Shown here piece by piece: positions 46,571 through 55,708 of a stretch of 64,000 nucleotides of DNA. The notes under the pieces are model-generated. The model had not been told where the DNA came from. It ran no database searches and saw nothing but the letters and a program-made list of their open reading frames with translations. The position numbers and the translations under genes are program-made. This DNA comes from a virus. Lineage: Duplodnaviria > Caudoviricetes. The DNA is taken from the IMG/VR virus record IMGVR_UViG_2816332589_000001, positions 72,929-136,928 of that record, one strand, 5' to 3'. Every line of letters begins with the position of its first letter. Positions within the stretch are counted from its first letter, which is position 1.

Positions 46571-46774
46571 ATGAACGATGCGCCCAGACGCCTGCCCCCG
46601 GACATGGACCGGGCATCGGCGGCGATGATCTTGGGCTGCCAGCCGCGGCAGGTCGGTTTCTGTGTGCGCTGCCGCGGCCTCACAGTGCGCTACGGCGCCC
46701 ACGCCAAGCTCATCTGCCCGTGGTGCCACTGGAAAGAAACCGCAACCCAGAAGAACGGCGCGAAACAGGACTAA
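46571..46774 (+). CDS. Small zinc-finger protein
   Basis: CVRC...RYG.....CPWC. Confidence 0.55.
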   Translation: MNDAPRRLPPDMDRASAAMILGCQPRQVGFCVRCRGLTVRYGAHAKLICPWCHWKETATQKNGAKQD

Positions 46775-46832
46775 ACCCCGCAAGGCGGGGAACAGTACAG
46801 CCCGCTGGCTCGGCACACGTCATCATGGGGGC

Positions 46833-47888
46833 ATGTCCACCGCCCCGCAGCAGCTCGCCGCGCCGTCCCTGATGGCCCTCAGCCGCGCCGTGGATGCCCT
46901 GTGCCAGCTTCCCCCCGAGCAAATGGGCGCCTCCCGCAAGAAGCACCTACGAGCCCTCGAAGGCGCCTTCTACCGGGCCATGGAGAAGCACGGCCTCACC
47001 CCGGACGCCTACGACGACCTGGCAACCCTGCTCGGGCCCGAATCGGTGAACGAATTCCTGCGCCTGGCCCGCAGCGGCAAAGTCCGTGGCGACCGCAAGA
47101 CCGCCGAGGAATCCGACGCACAGCTCCGCGCCCGCATCCGGGCCATGGAAATAATCGCCCAGCACGCCGGCGTCCCGTTCAAACGCCCTGAGATGCCGCC
47201 CGCCCCAGAGCTGGCCCCGGTCGTCCCGCCCACCTCCCGCGCGCTGCTCCTGGAGCACTTCCAGGGACAGGTCAACCGGTCGATCAGCGAACCATTCCGG
47301 GTCAGGTTCCTCGCCATGTACGGCATAGTTCTCGACACCGGCGCCAGCTCAGGCACGCTCGCCAAACAGCACGTCGCCCACCTCGCACGAGACCTGTCCA
47401 CCGTCCGCATCCAGCGGCCCCGGCAAGGACGGATGGCCGAACCGCCACCCATGGAGGAATGGGAGCTGTCCTCCGCAACCCGTGACGCCCTCAACGCCTA
47501 CCTTCCGCTGCGGGAACAGCTCACCAAGCGGCACCAGCAGGACCGGCAGCACGAGCAGAACGCCGTCAAGCACCTGTGGGTGTCCCTGGAGCACAACACC
47601 CGGCGCCTCCCCGACGGCACGAGCGTCGTGGAGCCGCCCGGCATGCGGCTTCGGCCCCGCGGCGTCCAGCGCGTCTTCTTCCGCGCGGCCGAAGCCCTGA
47701 ACGACGAGATGGAGCAGCTCCTGAAGGAGCGCAACGCGCCCCAGGCCGGTACCGAAGTACCGGAGTGGTCGCCGATGCCGACCCGCCTCGAACCCCTCCG
47801 TCGCGCCGTAGACGACGAACTGCGCCAGCGCGAGGACGAGCAAGGCGGCGTGCCGCAGGTCATCGTCGTGCGCGGCCGGAGCGCCTGA
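46833..47888 (+). CDS. Tyrosine-recombinase-fold protein lacking catalytic residues
   Basis: Box I RFLAMYGIVLDTGASSGTL has Ser in place of Arg; box II is reduced to LEPLRRA; no downstream Tyr motif. Confidence 0.65.
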   Translation: MSTAPQQLAAPSLMALSRAVDALCQLPPEQMGASRKKHLRALEGAFYRAMEKHGLTPDAYDDLATLLGPESVNEFLRLARSGKVRGDRKTAEESDAQLRARIRAMEIIAQHAGVPFKRPEMPPAPELAPVVPPTSRALLLEHFQGQVNRSISEPFRVRFLAMYGIVLDTGASSGTLAKQHVAHLARDLSTVRIQRPRQGRMAEPPPMEEWELSSATRDALNAYLPLREQLTKRHQQDRQHEQNAVKHLWVSLEHNTRRLPDGTSVVEPPGMRLRPRGVQRVFFRAAEALNDEMEQLLKERNAPQAGTEVPEWSPMPTRLEPLRRAVDDELRQREDEQGGVPQVIVVRGRSA

Positions 47889-47922
47889 TCCGGTCCGAGC
47901 TGCGGGTTGGCACACTGGACCC

Positions 47923-48276
47923 GTGCACGAGATCGAAGAGCCGGAGCAGGTACCGCCGTGGCGTGAGGAGGACGGCCCGCGGCCGCGCGTCTGGCGCTGG
48001 CCCGCAGGCGACACCCCGGCCCTGTACGTCAGTGTCCGTATCCGCGGCCGCGAGAAAATCTTGTATGCCCCCGTCAGGGCCCGCCTGGACCACCCCGACG
48101 GCACTGTCGCCTACCACGTTGACATCAACCTCGGGGACGGCACGGTGCACCGCGCCTACCGGTGGCCGCAGCCGGGCCTGCACATCGCCCACCGCAGCCG
48201 CTCCGCGCCTGCCGACCGCGAGCCGACCCCGAAGGTCGGCCGGAGCTCCGGCCGCATCGACGCGGCCGACGCGTAG
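47923..48276 (+). CDS. Hypothetical protein
   Basis: APVRARLDHPDGTVAYHVDI...HRAYRW. Confidence 0.6.
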   Translation: MHEIEEPEQVPPWREEDGPRPRVWRWPAGDTPALYVSVRIRGREKILYAPVRARLDHPDGTVAYHVDINLGDGTVHRAYRWPQPGLHIAHRSRSAPADREPTPKVGRSSGRIDAADA

Positions 48277-48304
48277 TCCGCACCTGGGGGTGCCCCCGGT
48301 AGTT

Positions 48305-48973
48305 ATGCAGGACATGGAACCCAACACGGTTTTCGAAGCGATCACTGGTGTCCCGGCTCCCCGCGACGAGGCCGCGGTCGCCGAGCCAATGAACCTGGAG
48401 AATGCGGGAGCCGCCTGCGACTTCTGCCCTAACGGCCCGCTCGTCGGCCTTGAGTCGCCGCCGGTGGTGTGGGCTTTCCCGGCCGGCCAGGCCGAGGACT
48501 CCCGCGAACTCGTCCCCGGCTCCGGCATCAAGATCGGCCTGCCCATCGCCGCGATGCTCTGGAAGGCGTGCGAGCGCTGCCGCCGCCACATCAAGGCGAA
48601 CCGGTGGGCCGACCTGGCCCGCGACTGCGGCCTCCCCGAGGGCGGTTTCGGTGCCTGGCAGGGCTTCCGGGTCGCCCGCCGGCCCGGCCCCGGCTACGCC
48701 TGGCCGCTGGTGCCGCACAAGCTGCCCACCGTGCACAAACACGTCCGCGACGCCTGGGAGAAGGGCAAGCGCGCCTTCGCCGACCACGTCCGCGAGCGCC
48801 TGGAGCGCGCCGTGCTGCTCGTGGAACTCGACGGCCACCTGTACGTGCGCTGCGGTCAGGACGGCGACGACGCATGGCTGGTCGAGAACGTCGGCGCGGA
48901 GATTGTGGCCCCGTTCAGCTTCCACCTGGAGGGCCGCAGCGTCCGTCTCACCCTGCTCCCTGCCCATCCGTAG
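48305..48973 (+). CDS. Hypothetical protein with CDFC...CERC zinc site
   Basis: 3' coding-like part of ORF 47576-48973. Confidence 0.65.
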   Translation: MQDMEPNTVFEAITGVPAPRDEAAVAEPMNLENAGAACDFCPNGPLVGLESPPVVWAFPAGQAEDSRELVPGSGIKIGLPIAAMLWKACERCRRHIKANRWADLARDCGLPEGGFGAWQGFRVARRPGPGYAWPLVPHKLPTVHKHVRDAWEKGKRAFADHVRERLERAVLLVELDGHLYVRCGQDGDDAWLVENVGAEIVAPFSFHLEGRSVRLTLLPAHP

Positions 48974-48994
48974 CCGCTCACCCGTCTGAGCGGC

Positions 48995-49790
48995 GGGCAC
49001 CGAACGGCCCGGTACCGACGGGGGATGCGGTACCGGGCCTGCCCGACAGCCTAGCCGTGCCAGACTGGCGGCACTCAACTTCCAGACGGCAAAGGGGCGG
49101 GGCGGGCAGTGAGCGACGGGCCTACGGTGTACGAGCTGATGGACGGCACGGACGAGGAGAAGAACCTCGCCGATGACTTCGCCACGATGTTGGATGTGCT
49201 CTCCCGATTCCTGGGTGCCGTCGAGGACGGGAACTGGGCGTACGCCGACGACAAGGCATGGCAGGTCCGGACCTGCCTTGAGGCGTTCCAGCGCCGCCTG
49301 ACGAAACCCGTCCTGAACGCTGTGGGCGACGTGGAACGGGACGAAGACGGTCGGGCCGTACGGCGCTTCGCGCCGCCCAACGCCGATCCCGCGCGGCTCC
49401 ACCAGCTCATCACCGCCTTTGCCCAAGACCACTCGGCCGGGCGCCTGCTGTTCCCGCTCGACCGGCTGGAGAACGAGCAGGCGAAGGCGAAGATCGTGGA
49501 GAAGGCGGAGTGGCTCGCCGAGCTGCATAAGAAGCTCGACGCCGGCGACGAGGCCGCCGCCTCCGCGATGACCGGCACGAAGGTGCAGATCGTCTACGGG
49601 ATGACCCGCGATGGCGGTCGCTAACCGCGCCAAGCGCCTGCACGCCTTGGCCCGCAAGCTCGATGACCGCTTCGACCTGCCGCGCGGCACGGTCCGGGCC
49701 GAACTGGACGAGTACCAGCGTCCGGCGCAGTGGTATCTGCGGTGGGCACCGAACGGCCCGGTACCGACGGGGGATGCGGTACCGGGCCTG
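48995..49790 (+). repeat. Exact 47-bp direct repeat with internal 12-bp inverted arms
   Basis: GGGCACCGAACGGCCCGGTACCGACGGGGGATGCGGTACCGGGCCTG at 48995-49041 and 49744-49790. Confidence 0.92.
49109..49624 (+). CDS. Hypothetical protein between the 47-bp repeats
   Basis: 171-aa ORF with coding-like codon usage. Confidence 0.7.
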   Translation: MSDGPTVYELMDGTDEEKNLADDFATMLDVLSRFLGAVEDGNWAYADDKAWQVRTCLEAFQRRLTKPVLNAVGDVERDEDGRAVRRFAPPNADPARLHQLITAFAQDHSAGRLLFPLDRLENEQAKAKIVEKAEWLAELHKKLDAGDEAAASAMTGTKVQIVYGMTRDGGR

Positions 49791-49796
49791 TACTGA
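49611..49796 (+). pseudogene. ORF apparently truncated by the second 47-bp repeat
   Basis: The last ~16 codons (WAPNGPVPTGDAVPGL) are read through the repeat itself. Confidence 0.5.
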
Positions 49797-49813
49797 CTGT
49801 ACTCGGTGATCGA

Positions 49814-51196
49814 CTACATGAAGTCATCCCGTTCCAGAACGGGTTGGGCCGACTGCGACATCAGGTAGTAGTAGACGGCTTCGATCGTGTCCGCCGGGTG
49901 CCGCCCCACCTTCGTGGACGGCTGGAACGGCTTGTCCGCGACCTTGCTCCACCCGCCTTGCTCATCGGCGACCTTCGAGAACTCGCAGGCCAGGGTCTCG
50001 GCGACCTCCACGTACCGCTTCGGGTTCTGCGTCCACGCGCGCAGCACCGAGATGACGGAGGTGACGCACTCCTCGCTGTACCGCTTCGGCTTGTCGTCCA
50101 GATCGCCGCCGATCGTCCACGCGAGCCGGTAGAGCGCCTCCGACTCCCAGGAGCCCTCACGGCCCGCGACCAGCGAACCGCCCTCGTAGCCGCGTGGCGA
50201 CGAACTGCGCTTGTACTCGACGGCCAGGCGGAACAGGGCGACGAGCACCGAGCCGGCCGCCTTCACCCCGGCGTCGGCGAGTGCCCCGCGCAGCACCAGG
50301 TCGTCGCTCGGGTCGCTCGGCCCGACCGGGCGCAGCGGCCCGTGCTGCGCCTCCAGTTCCTCCAGCGTCAGCGGTTCCTCGGGGCGGCCCGGCCGCAGCC
50401 CGGCCCAGTCGATCGCGTACCGGACGGGCTCTTCCGCGGAGGCGATGTGCCAGCCGCGGTTGAGGCGGTCCACGAACCGGTACGTGGGGCGCTCCTCGGG
50501 CTGCGGCTCCGTGTCCACCGCGCTGTTCTCCTCTGCGTTCTCGTCGGCGGGCACCAGGGAGGGGTGCACGTCCGTGGTGACGAAAGCGGCCTCCAGACCG
50601 CCGGCCTTCTCCTGGATGTCGTCCGCCTTGTCCGGGCCCATCGGCAGCGCCTCGGGCTCGGCGGCCACGCCGGGGAACTCGCGGGCCAGCTCGGCGGTGA
50701 CGGCGGTGAGCGCGTCCTGCACCAGCTTGGAGAGTTCAGCACGGTCGAAGTCGCCGTCCGCGGTCCTCAACGGTCGCCCGGCGGCCACCGTCACGAGCAA
50801 GGTCAGCAGGTCGTGCTCCTGCCGGTGAGGGTCGGGCATCCGCGTGGGCAGGGGCCACACGTACGCCAGGGCCCGGTACCAGCCCTCCCCCTGCCTGACG
50901 AGGTAGGCGCACGCGTCGGCCACGGTCTGCGCCACGTGCTCTTCGTCGGTGTCGCGGGCCACTGTCGCGGTGAGCATCACGGGGATGGCGAAGGGCTCCC
51001 GGCCTTCACTGGCGTACGCGTACGGGGACTTGGGCACTCCGGCCGGCGGCGCTCCGGCGGAACCGTCGGCGGCGCGGATGCGGTCGTTCTCCCGCATCAC
51101 CGCGGTGTACTGCGCGCCCGTCGTCCTGCTGCGCTCGCGCAGCTCCCGAGACCGCTTCCTCGGCTTCCTGGGCTTGCCCGGCTTGTTCCTCGCCAT
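49814..51196 (-). CDS. Multi-domain hypothetical protein with basic N-terminal RxxSxxTGxxY motif
   Basis: GGAG RBS; 460 aa; internal LTLEELEAQHGPLRPV phage-type module. Confidence 0.75.
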   Translation of the reverse strand: MARNKPGKPRKPRKRSRELRERSRTTGAQYTAVMRENDRIRAADGSAGAPPAGVPKSPYAYASEGREPFAIPVMLTATVARDTDEEHVAQTVADACAYLVRQGEGWYRALAYVWPLPTRMPDPHRQEHDLLTLLVTVAAGRPLRTADGDFDRAELSKLVQDALTAVTAELAREFPGVAAEPEALPMGPDKADDIQEKAGGLEAAFVTTDVHPSLVPADENAEENSAVDTEPQPEERPTYRFVDRLNRGWHIASAEEPVRYAIDWAGLRPGRPEEPLTLEELEAQHGPLRPVGPSDPSDDLVLRGALADAGVKAAGSVLVALFRLAVEYKRSSSPRGYEGGSLVAGREGSWESEALYRLAWTIGGDLDDKPKRYSEECVTSVISVLRAWTQNPKRYVEVAETLACEFSKVADEQGGWSKVADKPFQPSTKVGRHPADTIEAVYYYLMSQSAQPVLERDDFM

Positions 51197-51370
51197 GTCT
51201 CACTCCATGCAGCAGCGCGCCCCGCGCGCACGCCGCCTTGAAGCGGACGTACGGAACACGGCACGATGCGTCGGAGGACGGCTTGGCCTCTGGCGAAGGC
51301 CCAGCGCGGGTGACCCTTCATCAGCGGTGGACGGTCGTGCCCGCCCACCCGCAGCCTACCGGGCGCGGCG

Positions 51371-51529
51371 TCAGTCTTCGACGGGTTCCCAGCGATACAC
51401 CGCGACGCCGGTCTCACCCGCGTCGCGTACGTACCGGCCGTTGCCCAGCGGTGTCCGCATCGCGATCTCGTCAATGAAGGCGTCCGGGTTGGTGTCGCCG
51501 TTGAACGGGCCGCCGATGTACTTCGTCAT
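51371..51529 (-). CDS. Small 52-aa ORF (not in the ORF track)
   Basis: MTKYIGGPFNGDTNPDAFIDEIAMRTPLGNGRYVRDAGETGVAVYRWEPVED. Confidence 0.45.
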   Translation of the reverse strand: MTKYIGGPFNGDTNPDAFIDEIAMRTPLGNGRYVRDAGETGVAVYRWEPVED

Positions 51530-51987
51530 GGGGCGAGCGTACGGCCGTCGTGCAGCAACGTCCGCCCAGGAGACACGGCAAGGGGCAGACCCCGCCTGGC
51601 AACAGACGGCGCCAGGGCGCGCCGGATCGCCACACGCGCCCCACGGGCCTCAGTTTCGCCGTTTTTTGTCGTCTCGTGCCGACCAGAGCCGACTATCACC
51701 GACTCGTTGCCATCTCGTGCCTTCAGGTGTACTTGGCGTGTTCCCCGGTACAGGGGCATCTGCTCCGGTAACGTTGCGGAGCAACGGGCCGTGCACCGGC
51801 CCAAGCCAGCCTCAGCCCATGACTGGGAGCGATCTGAGGCGAAGGTACGCGGGACCAACCAACTGGTCTGGGCGCATCAGTGCGAGCAACAGCCACATCC
51901 GCCTTCGGCGATCTCCGAACACCGCAGCCGTCTCGCGCGCGTGTATCGGGTCATGGGTAACCGCTGCACGCCAGTGAGGACACTGCC

Positions 51988-53052
51988 ATGGTCAAGAACC
52001 AGCGTAAGAAGGGCCGGGACAAGAGGCGCGCCGAGCGCACCGGCGCCTCCCGCGCGTCCGCCGCGACCGGCAACGTGCACTCGCACACCCCCCTGCCGGA
52101 CATGACGCTCCTCGCGGACCTGCCGTACGGCGCCGGCCGGGAGCTGGACACCGATCTCGCCGCCCGGCTGGTCGCCGCCTGCCGCACCGCGTGCAAGCCG
52201 TGCCAGGCCAGCCTCGCGCTCAAGCTGCGCACCGAGCAGCGGCCCACCGTGGCGGCGCTGGCGGGCGCTGTCTACGGGGAACTTGCCGGCCGGGTCGGCA
52301 TGACGTTCGCTTCGTCCGCTACCCGTACCTGGGCGCCACTGGCCCAGGCCGCGACATCCAGCGGTGACGGGAGTCAGGCCCTGGCCGCTGTCGAGGCGAT
52401 GGACGACGCGACTGTCTCCGCCCTCCTGGAGGACGCCCTCGACCACTGGGCCATGGGTACCCCGCTGCCGTCCGACCTATTCGACCGGCAGCCGGGCCCG
52501 GCGCAGCCGACCGAGGCACCGCCGCGGCAGCGGCCGGCCGACCCCCTGGACGCCTTCCGCAAGGCCGGGGTCCAGGTCTTCACCCTGGACGACCTGGACC
52601 TGGGCGAGGACATCGACCACTACCACCTGTCCCCGAACTACGGGGTGTTCCTCGGGCAGACGGCCACGCCCGACGGGCAGCAGATGCCGATGCTGACGCT
52701 GTACCCGGAGACCGAGGACGCCGGGATCGAGGACCTGGAGCGGCGTACCGACTGGGAGCACTGGGGCCTGTATGGGATGCCGGAGATGGACCCGAGCTGG
52801 CGGCTGCGCGCGAACATCGCCGACCGCAGCCTCACCGGCCTGGTGCACGTCGGCCCGGACGGCGAGGACGACATCGAGCTGTGGCGCGCCGCCGAGAAGG
52901 TGACGCTGCCGGCCGAGTGGTGGGCGCTGCTCGACCGCGTCCAGCACGTCCTGGTCGTCGGGCCGGTGAAGACGGCCGAGCACCAAGCCATCGTGGCCGC
53001 GGGCGACGCGGGCGAACTGCTGGCCGTGGTCGCCCGGGTGGCGTTCCAGTGA
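51988..53052 (+). CDS. Hypothetical protein with basic N-terminal RRAERTGAS motif
   Basis: GAGGA RBS; 354 aa. Confidence 0.75.
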   Translation: MVKNQRKKGRDKRRAERTGASRASAATGNVHSHTPLPDMTLLADLPYGAGRELDTDLAARLVAACRTACKPCQASLALKLRTEQRPTVAALAGAVYGELAGRVGMTFASSATRTWAPLAQAATSSGDGSQALAAVEAMDDATVSALLEDALDHWAMGTPLPSDLFDRQPGPAQPTEAPPRQRPADPLDAFRKAGVQVFTLDDLDLGEDIDHYHLSPNYGVFLGQTATPDGQQMPMLTLYPETEDAGIEDLERRTDWEHWGLYGMPEMDPSWRLRANIADRSLTGLVHVGPDGEDDIELWRAAEKVTLPAEWWALLDRVQHVLVVGPVKTAEHQAIVAAGDAGELLAVVARVAFQ

Positions 53053-53237
53053 CGGGCCGGGCCCGCCGCTACCTGCCGGGGATCGCGGACATCCGGATCT
53101 GCGCCGACGAGGAGACCACCGAACGCGTCCTGGAGGCGCTGGAGTCCGTCTTCCGGTGCACCGATCCGCGCCCGTACGACGGCGGCCGGACCTACCTCCA
53201 GGTGGACACCGGCTGCACCGACCCCGACACGGACTGA
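53049..53237 (+). CDS. Small hypothetical protein
   Basis: GTGA coupling; IADIRICADEE...RTYLQVD. Confidence 0.55.
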   Translation: MTGRARRYLPGIADIRICADEETTERVLEALESVFRCTDPRPYDGGRTYLQVDTGCTDPDTD

Positions 53238-53448
53238 CCGCCTCATTCCCGGAGGTGCTGCGCACGCTCACCGAGCGGGAGCAGCGCCAGGCCAAGGCCC
53301 TGGCCCGCACCCGGGCCGCTAAGCGCACGGCCGAACAGAACCTCGCCCGGGCCCGCGCCCGGCTCGCCGCCGAGGTCAACGCCGTCGCCTGGCTCGGCAC
53401 CCAGAAGAACCACCGCGCGACCACGTTCACCGAGAAGGAGACCTGCCC

Positions 53449-54144
53449 GTGAAGGACACGCACGAGAGCGCCGCCGAGGAGAACACCACCGACCTGATGG
53501 CGGGCAAGCGCATCACCCTGGACGAGATGGCCGTCGAACTGGCCGGGATCGAGCTGCGGCTGCGCCAGCTCGCGCGGGCCGCCGAGGTGCCAGCCACCCC
53601 GGTGGAGCTGGCGGATGACATCGAGAATCTGCGCCGCACCGCGACGACCGTACGGGAGATGAGCAAGCGGATGGGCTTCCTCGCCCGGATCGTGGAGGGC
53701 GACGTGCCGCTCGCGGCCGTTTTCTCCGGCACGAACGCCCCGTGGGGCGCAGCCGCGCGCGGCACCGACCGTACGGACTACGGCGGCCCGGCGATCGTGC
53801 CCACCGAGTGGCAGCTGATCCGCCTGGCCCAGGACGGCAAGCGCGCGACGGCCGCCGGTCGGGAGACGACCACCTACCCCGCGGCGATGGACGGGGTCGG
53901 CATCGGCTGGGAGTCGAAGACGGCGCAGGCCCGCAGGCGCCGCGAACGGGATGCGGCGGTCGCCGTCGAAGTGCTGCGCAGCACCTGCGAGCGGTGCAGC
54001 GCCGGGGAGGGCGAGCACTGCCGCACCAAGAACGGCAGGGTCTCCGAACAGCCGCACACCGGCCGCCTGCGAGAGGCCGAGGCCACCGTCGATGCCCGAC
54101 TCGGCTACCTCGGGGACAACCCCGTCGCCGTACCGGACGTGTGA
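53449..54144 (+). CDS. Hypothetical protein with C-terminal CxxC...C...H zinc finger
   Basis: AAGGAG RBS; CERCSAGEGEHCRTKNG....PHTGR. Confidence 0.7.
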   Translation: MKDTHESAAEENTTDLMAGKRITLDEMAVELAGIELRLRQLARAAEVPATPVELADDIENLRRTATTVREMSKRMGFLARIVEGDVPLAAVFSGTNAPWGAAARGTDRTDYGGPAIVPTEWQLIRLAQDGKRATAAGRETTTYPAAMDGVGIGWESKTAQARRRRERDAAVAVEVLRSTCERCSAGEGEHCRTKNGRVSEQPHTGRLREAEATVDARLGYLGDNPVAVPDV

Positions 54145-54207
54145 CCGCTGCGGCGGGCGGAGAGTGACGGTCTCCGCCCGCCCGGCTCCGCCGGGCCCAA
54201 CGAGCCC

Positions 54208-54681
54208 CTACTGCAAAGGATGCGCCTCAATCCACTTCGTGAGGGCCTGGCCCTCCATCCAGATCAGCGGCCGGGCGTCCAACCACCCCTGAGTGTCGTC
54301 CTTCCCCAGCGCGGTGCCGGCGTACTTCTCCAACCGGTCGATGATCACGTACGCGTCCGTGTAGAACCCCTTCGGCGCCGCGGCATCGGTGTTCATCGCC
54401 TTGCGGATCTTCCGTACGTCCCCCACGTAGTCCTGCACGCGGATCGCGCAGCCCTCTTCGTCTGCCTCGACGCGGCTGCCGTTCAGGCACCCGATGTCGT
54501 GGCTCGCCCACCACTCCATCGTGTCGTCCCACTGGGTCTTCACCGGCTTCACGGCCTTCTGCGGCGCGGGCGCCTTATTCGGCTTCGCATCCGCGGCCCC
54601 GCCACACCCCGTCACCGACACGGCCACGAGCAACGCGCCCGCGACCCCCCTACCCCATCCCTTGATCATGGCGGAGATCAT
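54208..54681 (-). CDS. Putative lipoprotein
   Basis: LLVAVSVTGC lipobox. Confidence 0.7.
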   Translation of the reverse strand: MISAMIKGWGRGVAGALLVAVSVTGCGGAADAKPNKAPAPQKAVKPVKTQWDDTMEWWASHDIGCLNGSRVEADEEGCAIRVQDYVGDVRKIRKAMNTDAAAPKGFYTDAYVIIDRLEKYAGTALGKDDTQGWLDARPLIWMEGQALTKWIEAHPLQ

Positions 54682-54708
54682 GCCACGCGGATCAACGCTC
54701 TGGCGGGC

Positions 54709-55299
54709 CTACAGGCCAGGTACGGCACCGAGAAACATCGCCGCGGCGGTGGCTGGCAACTCCTCAAGCTCAGCCATGGCCTCGGCCAGTTCCCTTTGGG
54801 CTCGGTTCAGGTGGCCGGGGATCTCCGCGACCGCGCGCTCATCCTCGGGAGAGAACACTGACGAACAGGCGAGTAGCGCAAGCAAGGCGCTCGCCGTACG
54901 GGCGGCGGCTGCGATCACCGGTCCGCAATCGTTCTTGTCCAACTCCTTGAGCAACTGCCAGACGTGCCCGGCCTGCCAGTGCAACGCACCCATGACCCCC
55001 AAGGCGTCAGCACCCAACGCTTTGAGCACCTGCTGGCGGGCCAGGGACATCTCCTTGCCGCCCGCCCCCCGGGCAGTCATGTGCCCTTCGGCGAGCATTC
55101 CCGCACCGACAGCAGCCCCGTACAAGGCGTTCGCCAGGACAGCGGCAAGAACGTGTTCACCGCCCACGGCCTTGGCCTGCTGCTTCAACTCATCGGCGGT
55201 CGGTGGCTGAGCGTACGCACCGAGGGCGGCCATCGCTGCTGAGAACTCTGCGGCACTCGGGGCGGGCCCGGCCGCCTGGTGCTGGTTCGGGGTCGGCAT
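54709..55299 (-). CDS. Hypothetical helical protein (DUF6245-like)
   Basis: AAMAALGAY...LANALYGA pattern; family call is tentative. Confidence 0.6.
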   Translation of the reverse strand: MPTPNQHQAAGPAPSAAEFSAAMAALGAYAQPPTADELKQQAKAVGGEHVLAAVLANALYGAAVGAGMLAEGHMTARGAGGKEMSLARQQVLKALGADALGVMGALHWQAGHVWQLLKELDKNDCGPVIAAAARTASALLALLACSSVFSPEDERAVAEIPGHLNRAQRELAEAMAELEELPATAAAMFLGAVPGL

Positions 55300-55409
55300 G
55301 GCCGGAGCCTAGTGGGGTTGGAACAGCGGCTGACGTGCCTTTCGCGAATCCTCCACCGACGGGTGGACCGCCCTGTCCGCGCACGGTACCGCGGCACTAG
55401 CGTGCCGGG

Positions 55410-55622
55410 ATGAGCAAGCAGAAGCGACAGCTCAAGACGCCCCGCCTACGGGAGCAGCGATGCGGCCAGTGCAGGCACCGGCGCCTCAACCACGTCGATC
55501 CGACCTCAGACCCCGGCCACACCACCCGAACCAACTGCCGCATCCGGCGCGGCTGTCCGTGCTCCGGCTTCTACACCGAGGACGAGTGGGCTGATCTGAA
55601 CGCCGCCAGGAGCCGTCGATAG
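55410..55622 (+). CDS. Small Cys/His-rich protein
   Basis: CGQCRH...H...C....CPCSGF. Confidence 0.5.
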   Translation: MSKQKRQLKTPRLREQRCGQCRHRRLNHVDPTSDPGHTTRTNCRIRRGCPCSGFYTEDEWADLNAARSRR

Positions 55623-55708
55623 CAGCCGTACGGACCACGACGGCCGCGGGGGCGGTGACACCCACGGCCGTCGGTACCGCCGTGTCTACGCGCACGCAGC
55701 GGATAGCG

